A stretch of 55,349 nucleotides of DNA, taken from the NCBI GenBank assembly GCA_050297195.1, contig JBNKSG010000001.1, forward strand, positions 1 to 55,349, written 5' to 3'. The notes under the pieces are model-generated. The model worked only from the letters and a program-made list of their open reading frames with translations, made no database searches and was not told the DNA's origin. Below, piece by piece: positions 28,192 through 38,300 of this stretch (position 1 is its first letter; the number at the start of each line of letters is the position of its first letter). Both the position numbers and the translations under genes were made by a program. Source of the stretch: Opitutaceae bacterium (GTDB lineage: Bacteria > Verrucomicrobiota > Verrucomicrobiia > Opitutales > Opitutaceae).

Positions 28192-28941
28192 ATGATTGCG
28201 ATAAGTAAAAAGAAATCTAAGCCGCAGAACTTCATCTTCTCGTCATTCCTCATATTTCTGCTTACAACCGTCGGCGCTCCTATGGTCGAAGCCCAATCAT
28301 TTGGGTCTTTCCAAAGCACGCCAAAAACCGAGTGGCTAGAAAAACGCGACATGCGGCTACTGGAGGACTTTACATATATTGACGTTGACGGAGAACTTTG
28401 GGTAGCCCCCAAGGGGGCGATAGTAAACGGCGCATCGATACCACAAGCGTTCTGGACCATCATGGGCGGCCCTTTCACTGGGAACTACCGCGACGCTTCA
28501 ATCATACATGACGTCGCATGCGACGAAAGAAAACGCCCATGGAATTTGGTGCATCTACGATTCTACCATGGCATGAGAGCATCCGGTGTCGGTGTCGTTA
28601 GGGCTAAAATAATGTACGCGGCAGTATACCATTTCGGCCCTCGCTGGGAGCAAACCTACATAGAACGCGTTCCGAAACAAAAACTGAACAAGGCGATAGA
28701 GGAATACGAAAAGGCGGACTTCAGTCACACCACCGTGAACATCGACAAGGAATTCGAAAAGCATGGTTTCCTGAAGAAGGTGACACTTCGCCCTCAAATG
28801 GTTTCGATAACCGCGACCATAACACCGGAACCTCAGGTTATGGATTCTGAAACCTTTGAATTGCTCAAGGCAGCAATAGAAGGCGAGGATCTCTCGCTAG
28901 AGGCAATCAGGGACTTCAAACCAGCGATCGCGCAACAATAA
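28192..28941 (+). CDS. DUF1353-domain protein, secreted
   Basis: Signal/TM segment. APKG..VNGASIP..FW...GGP..G.YRDASIIHD and MYAAV..FG motifs. Confidence 0.8.
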   Translation: MIAISKKKSKPQNFIFSSFLIFLLTTVGAPMVEAQSFGSFQSTPKTEWLEKRDMRLLEDFTYIDVDGELWVAPKGAIVNGASIPQAFWTIMGGPFTGNYRDASIIHDVACDERKRPWNLVHLRFYHGMRASGVGVVRAKIMYAAVYHFGPRWEQTYIERVPKQKLNKAIEEYEKADFSHTTVNIDKEFEKHGFLKKVTLRPQMVSITATITPEPQVMDSETFELLKAAIEGEDLSLEAIRDFKPAIAQQ

Positions 28942-29004
28942 CGGCGAGCACCGAATATTCACATATGCGCAACACCGCCCCATCTAAAAAATAAGGTCTT
29001 CAAC

Positions 29005-29820
29005 ATGGGTAACGCACTTGTAAGAGCATCGCTTAAATCCGTCTTTGTCCTCTTCAACGGAGACATCGACGAAGATATTGACAAACAACGAGCCAAAATA
29101 AGAAAAGCCAAGAAAGAGCTCAACGAGCTCGAAGCTTCAATAAATTCAACGGTCTCCGCTCAAAACTTTGATAATATACTAAACCTAATTCAGCGTATAC
29201 AAAAGCTAGAGGAATCAGCGAACGACAACGTGATCATCTTTAAGTTGAGTTACCCGCGTTCAGGCACTTCCTCAGTCGAGACCTTGAAGAAAGTCCAATT
29301 GAAAAGTGGACTGGACAGAAACAAGCTACCTTTCTACTCGAAGGCAGCGCCTTCTTTTCTCGAAGATGGAGTGTTCAAGGAACTGATACAGGGTGAGACG
29401 ATACTGCAAGTGTTCGTAACAGACGCCGACCCGAACAACGCGTTTCTACAATTTTTGAGAAGAGTGTTTTCGACTGCATTTACGGCAGTCGCTGGCGGCG
29501 CGATTTCAGGACTCTCCGGGGTACTCGCAAACAGCACAGCGACAGTCCTATCCAAAGACATAGCAGGTAACCTAAAAGGCGACGGAACAAACCGGGTACA
29601 GACGATAGCAGCAAGTGATGAGGTGAAGATTTCGGTAGGCGCAAACGGAGAAATCCAAGTTCTCAACGCTGGCGACACAATCAACTTCCAGAACGGCATA
29701 CTTAAACTAGGACTAAAATTCCCACATTACCTCGCTGTTTCACGCAACCCCAAGAAATACGTCAAACGAGGTGCCCCAAATGGGGCAATCGAACTGACCC
29801 TTGAATCTGAAATGGCTTAA
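29005..29820 (+). CDS. Hypothetical protein (271 aa)
   Basis: Long ORF in series with the cluster. Coiled-coil and a Gly/Ala-rich hydrophobic segment. Confidence 0.7.
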   Translation: MGNALVRASLKSVFVLFNGDIDEDIDKQRAKIRKAKKELNELEASINSTVSAQNFDNILNLIQRIQKLEESANDNVIIFKLSYPRSGTSSVETLKKVQLKSGLDRNKLPFYSKAAPSFLEDGVFKELIQGETILQVFVTDADPNNAFLQFLRRVFSTAFTAVAGGAISGLSGVLANSTATVLSKDIAGNLKGDGTNRVQTIAASDEVKISVGANGEIQVLNAGDTINFQNGILKLGLKFPHYLAVSRNPKKYVKRGAPNGAIELTLESEMA

Positions 29821-29920
29821 ATCGGAGACAGACAAAGTTCACCTTCCAAAAAATGGCGAATGCTACTTTATCGAAATGCCTAAAACTATCCAAAACTACG
29901 CATCTCTGCATCGCTACGTC

Positions 29921-31294
29921 ATGAAGAACAAAACTATAAGCTACATTTCCCTCCTGCTCCTGCCATTTTTCCTCCAACTAATCGAGGCCGAGGAAATCAG
30001 GGTCGCGACGTTCAATATCAAATGGCTTTCAGACATCGATGCGGATTGCGGAGTAACCAAAGTTAAAGATGTACGCACCCAAGGCGACAGGCTCGAAAAA
30101 CTAATTGCAGTGATTAAGGATCTAGACGCCGACATCATCGGCCTCCAGGAGATCAAGTCCAGAGAAGCGTTGGAACTAATCTTCGAGTCGGATGAATTAA
30201 GGTCACAAGGTTGGACCATAGTCATCGACGACGACAGCGCACAGTGCCAGAAGCTAGCGATGGCAGTGAGAGAGCCCTACACCGTAAAAGGCGCCATAAA
30301 CCGCAGGCTCGATGCAGAACCTGGCGACTTTCTATTTCCAGACCATTCCAACAACTCGTTCTTTCCGAGGGATCGCGACGTATTGTCATGCACAATACAG
30401 GGACTAGAAACGCAGCAGGAGATCCAAGTCCTGGTTCACCATGCAAAAGCTCGCGTAGGGGGACGCATCCAAACCGACCAAAGAAGAGCTGGAGCCGCAA
30501 GGAAAATTGTGGAGAAGATCCAAGCGTACTTTGACGATGAATACATAATACTTCTCGGAGACTTCAACGACAACCATGATGACGCATCGGCAAACATTCT
30601 AGAAACGGGCCTAGACGATCAAGGTTTTGAAATGGACGATGTCGACGGAGTCTTTCTTGTAAACCTAACCGAGGACATCGGAAATAGTGGCCATGTCAGC
30701 CATGGACTCAACTCAAATGACATCAACGGCAGTACAATCGACACCGTTGACCTTCAAAGTAGGAAAAGAAACAAGGAAGGATTAACCAACGACTCCTACA
30801 CAGGAGATATACTCTTCGACCAGATCTTCATTTCCCAAAATCTGAGAGGTCATTACGTTGGTGGCTCAATAAAAGTATACAACAATCCAATCGCAGTCGC
30901 AGGCAATAGCAAGAATCGAGCTTCCGACCATCTTCCAGTCTACGCAGAATTCATTTTTGAAAATGTCGACCACGACGACTCAAAAGTACTGATCCTCAAA
31001 GCCCTTCCCGACCCAATGGGTCCAGATAGAGGAAACGAAAAGGTCATCCTTGCTAATCTGACCTCAGATAGAATTTCAATCAATGGCTGGACCCTCGAAG
31101 ACGCAGCAGGTAACGAGTTCGCGCTATCTGGATCAATTCTTCCATCTAGCGAACATCAGATAGATGTACCAGCGACTATGCCTCTCAATAACACCGGTGA
31201 CACGATTACGTTAACTGACGACCAAGGCAACGTCATTGATTCTGTCAGGTACACCAATACACATGTTGCTCGAGGTGAGTTCATTTCATTTTAG
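29921..31294 (+). CDS. Secreted endonuclease/exonuclease/phosphatase with C-terminal lamin-tail domain
   Basis: Signal peptide MKNKTISYISLLLLPFFLQLIEA. ATFNIKW, GLQEI, LGDFND, FDQIF and SDHLP motifs. LTD at the C-terminus. Confidence 0.9.
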   Translation: MKNKTISYISLLLLPFFLQLIEAEEIRVATFNIKWLSDIDADCGVTKVKDVRTQGDRLEKLIAVIKDLDADIIGLQEIKSREALELIFESDELRSQGWTIVIDDDSAQCQKLAMAVREPYTVKGAINRRLDAEPGDFLFPDHSNNSFFPRDRDVLSCTIQGLETQQEIQVLVHHAKARVGGRIQTDQRRAGAARKIVEKIQAYFDDEYIILLGDFNDNHDDASANILETGLDDQGFEMDDVDGVFLVNLTEDIGNSGHVSHGLNSNDINGSTIDTVDLQSRKRNKEGLTNDSYTGDILFDQIFISQNLRGHYVGGSIKVYNNPIAVAGNSKNRASDHLPVYAEFIFENVDHDDSKVLILKALPDPMGPDRGNEKVILANLTSDRISINGWTLEDAAGNEFALSGSILPSSEHQIDVPATMPLNNTGDTITLTDDQGNVIDSVRYTNTHVARGEFISF

Positions 31295-31765
31295 GCCTCC
31301 TGGAAAATCCGCAGTATCCACCAAAGGCTCGCCAACTCTGGCTGCCAGCCGGTCGAGATATCGCAAACTCGATTCGCTCGACAAGACCTTTCCATCTTCG
31401 TGTTTTGAGATGGCATCCGCAACTTGCTCGAACTCGTCACCTTTCATAGGTTTCGTAGCGAGCAAAGTCGAAGCTGCAGCAGCTAACAAGCAGTACCGAT
31501 TCAAAGCGATTGCCCGAGTCGACGAACTGGCAGATCCCGCAGTTCACGCCAGCAGCCGTAGCGAAAGCGAAAAAGCAAAGCGCGGCGTAGTCGTAAACAT
31601 CGTAGCTACGAAACTTACGACGCTTATCGCTACGAGTCGAGATGCTCAGTCAAGCAATACGCCATGGCGCTTGGCGACACGCTTACGCATTTTCGCGCAT
31701 GGTTTGGTGAAGTTGGCATCCGTCTGGCAGGCGGGCTATTGGTTGGCCTGTAGGTTCTGATATAC

Positions 31766-31894
31766 GCTTGCCGACGAGGCAAAGCAGGGAACATGACGGA
31801 GCTTGCCGACGGCATGGGGCGAAGCCCGGCACCAGCCGTGCCTGCCGCAATGCCGGAGTACACAAGTCGGGTATCCAGAAGTTGGATCAATCAG
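31766..31894. repeat. Copy B of the ~140-bp non-coding repeat (ends CACAAGTCGGGTATCCAGAAGTTGGATCAATCAG)
   Basis: Colinear blocks with 5892-6031: GCTxGCCGAC, AGCAG, TGACxGA, GGGG..GCGAAG, CCCGGCA, CGCAA, CACAAGT..GTATCCAGA..TGGAT.AATCAG. Confidence 0.7.
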
Positions 31895-31950
31895 GCAGAT
31901 CAAGATTTAAGTCCCGATCCCGTCCCGCTTGCCTATGGAGCAGTTGAACG

Positions 31951-31976
31951 CAAGTTGAGTATCCAGATGGTGGATT
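31951..31976. repeat. Copy C (core only) CAAGTTGAGTATCCAGATGGTGGATT
   Basis: 25/26 identical to 6000-6025. About 10 bp from the stop of the RHS2 immunity gene. Confidence 0.8.
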
Positions 31977-31985
31977 TCGGATAAC

Positions 31986-32345
31986 CTACCAAGATTCCTT
32001 ATCTTCATCCTCATGAGAAGGCTTCACGTCCATGGGTAGAGGTCCCGAATCAAAATAAAAGATAACAGCAATTGCCATCTTATCGATAACGTCACTGTCG
32101 ATCCCAGGGTATTTTGCCTTCAATCGTTCCGATAGTTCATCGGCCTGCAAAACCTCCCCTGTCCGTATCTCGATCGCACTAAGTTGAAGATGCTTTATCT
32201 GGGCCCATACTGATTTCACGTAATCTTGGTTCGCTGAACCACTAGACTCCATAAACTGGTTCCTGAGCTCCTCGTCACTGGAATAGTTGAGAACTGAATC
32301 CAAGGCGATGTGAACTTCTAAGATCTCTTTGGTTAGCTCGTTCAT
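31986..32345 (-). CDS. Putative immunity protein for RHS toxin 2
   Basis: Acidic 119-aa ORF whose ATG directly follows the toxin stop (TAA-ATG). Confidence 0.8.
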   Translation of the reverse strand: MNELTKEILEVHIALDSVLNYSSDEELRNQFMESSGSANQDYVKSVWAQIKHLQLSAIEIRTGEVLQADELSERLKAKYPGIDSDVIDKMAIAVIFYFDSGPLPMDVKPSHEDEDKESW

Positions 32346-35300
32346 TTAAAGTGGGATAACGCTAATCAGGAGTGCCATTCTGGCCGCTTGTTCGGCCCAG
32401 TCATGACACGAGTTTCCATTGAGTGAATAGGAACAAGGCTGTTTGATCTCTCCACTTGCAAATGTCGCAAATTGCCCTCCCAGCACAGAAAAATTCCAAA
32501 CTCTAAACTGCTTCTTGGTTAGAAGAGCGAACGGAAGCCCCGAAGCACTGTAATCTCTCTTTCTGGTAACGAACCCAGAGAGATTCTCGAAACCAGTACC
32601 TTCAAACAATGAACTAAGATAAGGATTTAACGGAGCTGATTTTTCATATTTCCAGATCTGGCCACGTTTGCTCTTCGCTTTGATCGTCGAATGAGATCGA
32701 TAGGTCAGCCCTCCAAGAGGGTTCTTAACATTGAAGGGTTTCTTGTATTTATAGATCTTCCAATACTTAGGAAACAGTCGTTTCGTGACCTGCTTAATTC
32801 GAGGCACGGCCATCTGATTCTGCTGGGCACGTATCTTCGAACTAGCTTGTAGCTCGATCAATGACACATTGCCCGACGGATCAATCCGCACTACCGGATT
32901 GTTGTGCGCGTAGAGGTATTTATGCAGCGTCAGCGGCTCGCCGTTCCTTCCCTCGTACGTATCCATGTTGTGGAAACGTCCGGTGCCTGCATTTAGGTAA
33001 CGAGCTCGCAGAAAGTACATTCCCAGGTCGGCATCGTACTGCTCGCCCGTGTAGAGGTAGCCGTTTTCAGTAGCGCCACTGGAGCTAAGCAAGATGCCGA
33101 AGGCGTCGTATTCGTACTCGTCCGTAACCGTTTCCGTCTCATCGACGAGAGCTCGGACGCTACCATGACCGTCGTAGAGGTACCAACTCGTTCCCGCATC
33201 GCGGGTCTGGCTGATCAGATCGTGGCCGTAGGTGTAGCGGGCGGCTAGACTATAGCCTGTTCCTTCGTTGAGACGTTCCTCGACAACCTGGGCGTAGCCG
33301 GTCTGGTTGTTGAGATCCACAAGGTAGCTCGTGCTGCGAAGCACGGACTGGGATACGTCCAGCAACTGCTTGCCGACCCGGTTGCCGTCGGCGTCGTAGG
33401 TGAGCGTGATCACCTGCCCGTCTTCACGGATGCGGCGGATCAATCGGTTGCGGAAGTCGTAGACGTCAGTGACCGTATCCGAAATCCCCTCACGGGCATC
33501 GACAGAGCTGAGCGTATTGCCGTTCGCATCGTAGGTGTCGCCATCCAGACGGTCGTTGTCGTCGTAGGTGAAGCTTTGCCCTCCCACTCCTGACAGGGTC
33601 GAACTGCGGCTGGTTCGGTTGCCGACCTGATCGTAACCGTAGTCCACCACGCCGTTGACTCCGCTCGCCGCTCCAAGAATTGTCTCCTTGGTCAAGCGGT
33701 AGAGATCGTCGTAGACGTAATGGCTAGCGCGGCCACTCGCTTCGACTACGCTCTTGCGATTGCCGGCTTCGCCAAGCGTATAAGCGTAGCTTTGGGCGAC
33801 GCCCGTATCGCTTCGCTCGACAACGAGGTTGGCCAGACGATTGATCGTATCGTAGCTGTAGTCGTGGAGGAAGCCATTGCCGTATTCGACCGTATCCAAG
33901 TTGCCCACGTCGTCGTAGCCGTAGCTGGTGATCGAGAGGCTGGACAGGAGGCGACCGTCGTCCACCGACTCGAGACGGTTGAGATCGTCATAGGCGTAGG
34001 CGTTCTGGACCCCGTCCGCGTTCGAGGAGGTCGTCGACTCGAGGTTTCCGGAAGCATCGTAAGCGTAGGACAAGGTCCCTTCCGGAGTGGATCGAGTAGT
34101 GATGCGGCTGCGCTCGTCGTATGCGCGAGTCTCGCTGTAGAGGGTCTGCTCTCCATGCGATTGGCCGTTGACAACGGCGGATGAGAGCAGGTTACCGGCG
34201 ACGTCGTAACCGCGCTCGATCCAGGAGGGAGCGTTGTAATGCGTCAGGGACGGATGGGTCGGATCGGCGGTTTCCTTCACGAGACGGTTCTGTTCGTCGT
34301 ATTCAAAGACAGTAGTATAGCCGTTGAAGTCGGTCTTTGCAATGAGGTTGCCTAGCATGTCGTACTGGTAGGTTTCCTCCTGCAGCTCGGGGAGGATGCG
34401 CTTCACGCGGCGGCCGAGCTCGTCGTACTCGTAGGTCGTCTCGCGGCCTTCCGCATCGATCTGGGAGATCTGGTTGCCTCTGCTGTCGTACTCGTAATGG
34501 GTGACAGGTCGAGGATCGCCATCGGCGGGAGCAGGCTGCTGAACTTCGACCAGACGACCAAGAGCGTCATAGACGTAGTCAGTTCTCAGACCGTTCTGAT
34601 CAATTGCCGCGATCCGGCGGCCGAGGGCGTCGTACACAGTTTCGGTGTAGGTGCCATTGTGGAAGGTGGTGCGCGTCGGGCGGTTTAGCTCGTCGTACTC
34701 GAAGAGCGTCAAGTGACCGTTGGCATCGAGCACGGAGGTCTGGTTTCCGTTCAGGTCGTAGGACGACACGGTCTCGTTGAGCAGCGGATCGATAACCTTG
34801 GCTCGGCGACCGGAGCAACCGCAGTTTTCGTCGTATTCGTAGAGCGTAACTTTGCCTCGCTCGTCTACGGTGGCTTCCACCCTGCCGATCGAATCGTAGA
34901 TGGTGTGCGTCTCAGTATTGTCGGAAGGATCGAGGTCTTCTCCGTTCTCATCGACGAGGCCGATGAAGCGGACGGAAATTTGACGACCGAGGGCGGCGTA
35001 GTCGTACTTCATCAACCGGCCTAGGACGTCCGAGTACGTTGCTTGACGGCCCTCGGCGTCGTAAGTCCAGGACTCGCTGGAGAGGAGCGCGTCATTCTCA
35101 TCGTACTGAGCGGACTGGGTGCGGTTTCCGTTGCCGTCGTAGCCGAACTCCACGTAGCGGCCGAGGGCATCGGTCTGGCGCGAAACCTGGCCGCGGGAGT
35201 CGTAATCGGTTGAAGACGAAGTCAGCAGGACGTCGTTCGCATCGTAGACAACAGTGGAGGTCTGTCGCCCTTCCCCATCGTAGCCAATGTCCGTGTAACG

Positions 35301-38300
35301 ATAGAGCACGGCTTGCGTCGGCTCAGTGGCGCCTTCCGGCAAATCGTAATCCTTGCTGCGAAGCTGGCGGCCTAGGCTGTTGTACTCGAAACTCTGATAC
35401 TGGACAAGGACACCATCAGCGTCAAAGACAGCGCTAGAGGTCTGATAGCCCTCGAGGCTGGTAGTGAACACAGTCTGGTTGCCTAGCGGATCGGTGATGG
35501 ACTCGAGGTTCCCGCTCGCGTCGTAAGAGAACTGCGTGACATTCTCCAAGGCATCCGTTTGCGATTCCAAATTGCCGCTGGCGTCATAGACGAAGGTAGT
35601 GGCGTTACCCAAGGCATCCGTAATGGTAAGCGGATTATTCGCTGAATCGTAGGTGTAGGCGGTCGTGGAGACAGTCGGTATTCCATCCACGGATACGGTT
35701 TTCGTTTCGCTGAGGAGGTTGTCGCTGCCATCGTAGCTGCGCTCCGTGACGTTTCCGAGGGAATCGGTCACCTTCGTCTCGTTTCCTCGAGTGTCGTACT
35801 CGTAAGCAGTCGACTGCACGAGGACGCCTTCCGTATCGAAGACCTCGGTCAGGGTGACGTCCCCTTCGATATCGTAGGTGTGCACGGTAGTTACGCCGAG
35901 TCGATCTACCACGGTCTCCTTGAAGTTCTCGATGTCGTGGATGAAGTCGAAGCTCTCCCCGTTCGCGTCCGTCTGGGAGGCAAGCCTGCCGTCGGCGTCA
36001 AATTCGCTGGCAAGCACGGACTTGCCATCAGGATCGACGATGTCGGTCAGGTAATTCGGGAAGTCCGGGTTTTCGTAGAGGTAGGTGAAGGTTTCAGATG
36101 CACGGTTGGTAAAGGTCTCGAGGCGACCTTGCGCATCGTAGGCGTAAGAGAGCGTCTGATCCTCTGGATCGGTAATAGCGGTGATGCGTCCCTCTGCGTC
36201 ACGAGTAAACGCGATTCCGAGACCGCTGCTATGAGTGACGCCATCGTCGCTGATGGTCAGCGTATTGCCGTTGCGATCCGTCATGGAGAGGAGACCGAGC
36301 TCCTCGTCGATCACGAACTCCTGCCCTTCCTCCGTGGTGTACTTGAAACGCTTGGGATCGAAGACGTCGAAGGCGAAGGCTTCGGACTCGAGGTCGGTCT
36401 CTCCGCTGAAGGAATTGATCCATACCTCGTCGTCTCCAACGATTTCGAGCGAGCCGAGCGTATCGCCCAGCGGTTCGAACGCGATCTTCGGATCCCGTAG
36501 CGGGGTGTGGTCCTTGTAGGCCGGGCTAGCAACCGCCTTGAAAACAGCGACCGAGTCATCCGGCAGTCGAAGCAGAACGAGGTTGTTGCGGGACGATTCC
36601 ACACGGTAACGGATGGTATCGCCAAAGAACGGGACAGATACGGCTTCTTGGGTCGCCATCCAGTTTCTACCGACAGGACGGTTTTTCTGGATACGCATGT
36701 TGCTCAGAGCCATCTGCCATCCGTTTCCGAAGTCTCCTAGAGAAGCATCTCTGCTATCGTAGGATCGCACTACCTGCATCGGAATTCCGGATACAGGGAT
36801 ACTCAAGTCTTCGAAGGCTAGCGACAGGTTTCCGATCTTAAGTTGGCTATCGATCACGAACAACACCGAATCAGTCGCGGTCCGCCCCAAAAGGTCGGTT
36901 ACCACTAGGCGCATTTCATAAATGCCATTTAGGAGCATCGATGGATCCAGGGTCCCCAACTCGCCAGTTGCAGGAACGGTATCAGCGGAACTCGACAGAC
37001 GAGTCCAACTCCCGTCATTGGACAAGCGGTAATCGAGAACGTAATTTACAAGGATCGAAGATTGCGCCGTGCCTGTGATCGACACAGGACCTTTAACATC
37101 TTCAGAGTCAGTCGGGTACTCTATGGAAGCGACTGGGAGAGCTGGATTTTCCTCGATCACAAAAATGGTGCGAGTTTCGGACTGAACTGATCGACCACGC
37201 GCGTCAGTCGCTACGGCATACACCTCGAAATCCATATTTATACTTCCGAGAGTTGTCGCTTCGATATCGAGACTGTGCGTCAAGGTATTCGGGAATCGCT
37301 CCGCGAATCCGACACTCGCTCCATCGATGAAGAACTCAAGCGAGTCAACTGGCTGACCGCTTGAATAAGCGTTCGCCCAAAGCGGTATGGTCGCATTCGG
37401 CAAATACACGTTTCCGTCAACCGGCGAAGTGAGCTTGACGACTGGGTCCACGAATACCTCTACCGTCTCCTTCACGAGTTTCAAAGATGAGCCATCACTG
37501 AGTGAAAGCCCAATGACATAGACGCCTTCGTGCTCAACGGTCGCCTGCGTTTCTATCGCATGCGAAACAGAGTTTTTATCGAGAGGGCCGAAGGACTCCG
37601 AAGGATTCGAGAAAGATACGGTTCCCGGTCCGGAAACCACTCTCCATTCAGCGGTCAGGTTGCCGTCGAGCGGGAAGCCATCGTCCGTGACGGTCGCTGA
37701 GAGCGTAATTGGCAGGCTCAGGTCCGGCCCCGTAACCGCAACGATCGTCGCGCTTGGCGCTTCGTTCGGTTTCTCCAGTACATTAACGATCAGCGTGTCC
37801 GTTGAAGACTTGTCACCGTCGCTCGCCTCAAGCGTTAAGACATATTCCCCAATAGAGTCGATTGTCGCAACCGCATCGAGTGCCGTTGAATCTTCGAACG
37901 ATACCTTACCAGGATCGGAAGATGACCATGAATAGGAGAGCTCGCTCGAGCCCACTCCGTCATCGGTCGCGAATCCGGCGAGCTGCACCAAATTCTCCGG
38001 CTGTGTGATCGTCTGGTTAAGTCCCGCATCAACATTAGGCGCTAAATTGACTCGATCCGTAACGAAAATCTCGATACGCTTACTCACTGACAACTCCCCA
38101 TCGCTAGCTGTCACCTCAAGTACATAGACTCCGGATTCCGGAAAAATGACGTCCGTATCGACAATACCATCGATTGGGTTCTCAAAATGGCTCTGGCCAA
38201 ATGACACTGAGTTCGGACCACTTACGAGGGCCCAATCAACTGATAGGATACCGCTGGGTACAGTCGCGTCAGTAACGATGGCGCTAATTGGCATAGCTGG

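Noticed and set aside
31236-31984. Short ORFs in both directions between the EEP nuclease and RHS2 immunity genes
   Set aside because: They overlap the non-coding repeats and lack RBS or motifs. At most orphan-cassette debris.
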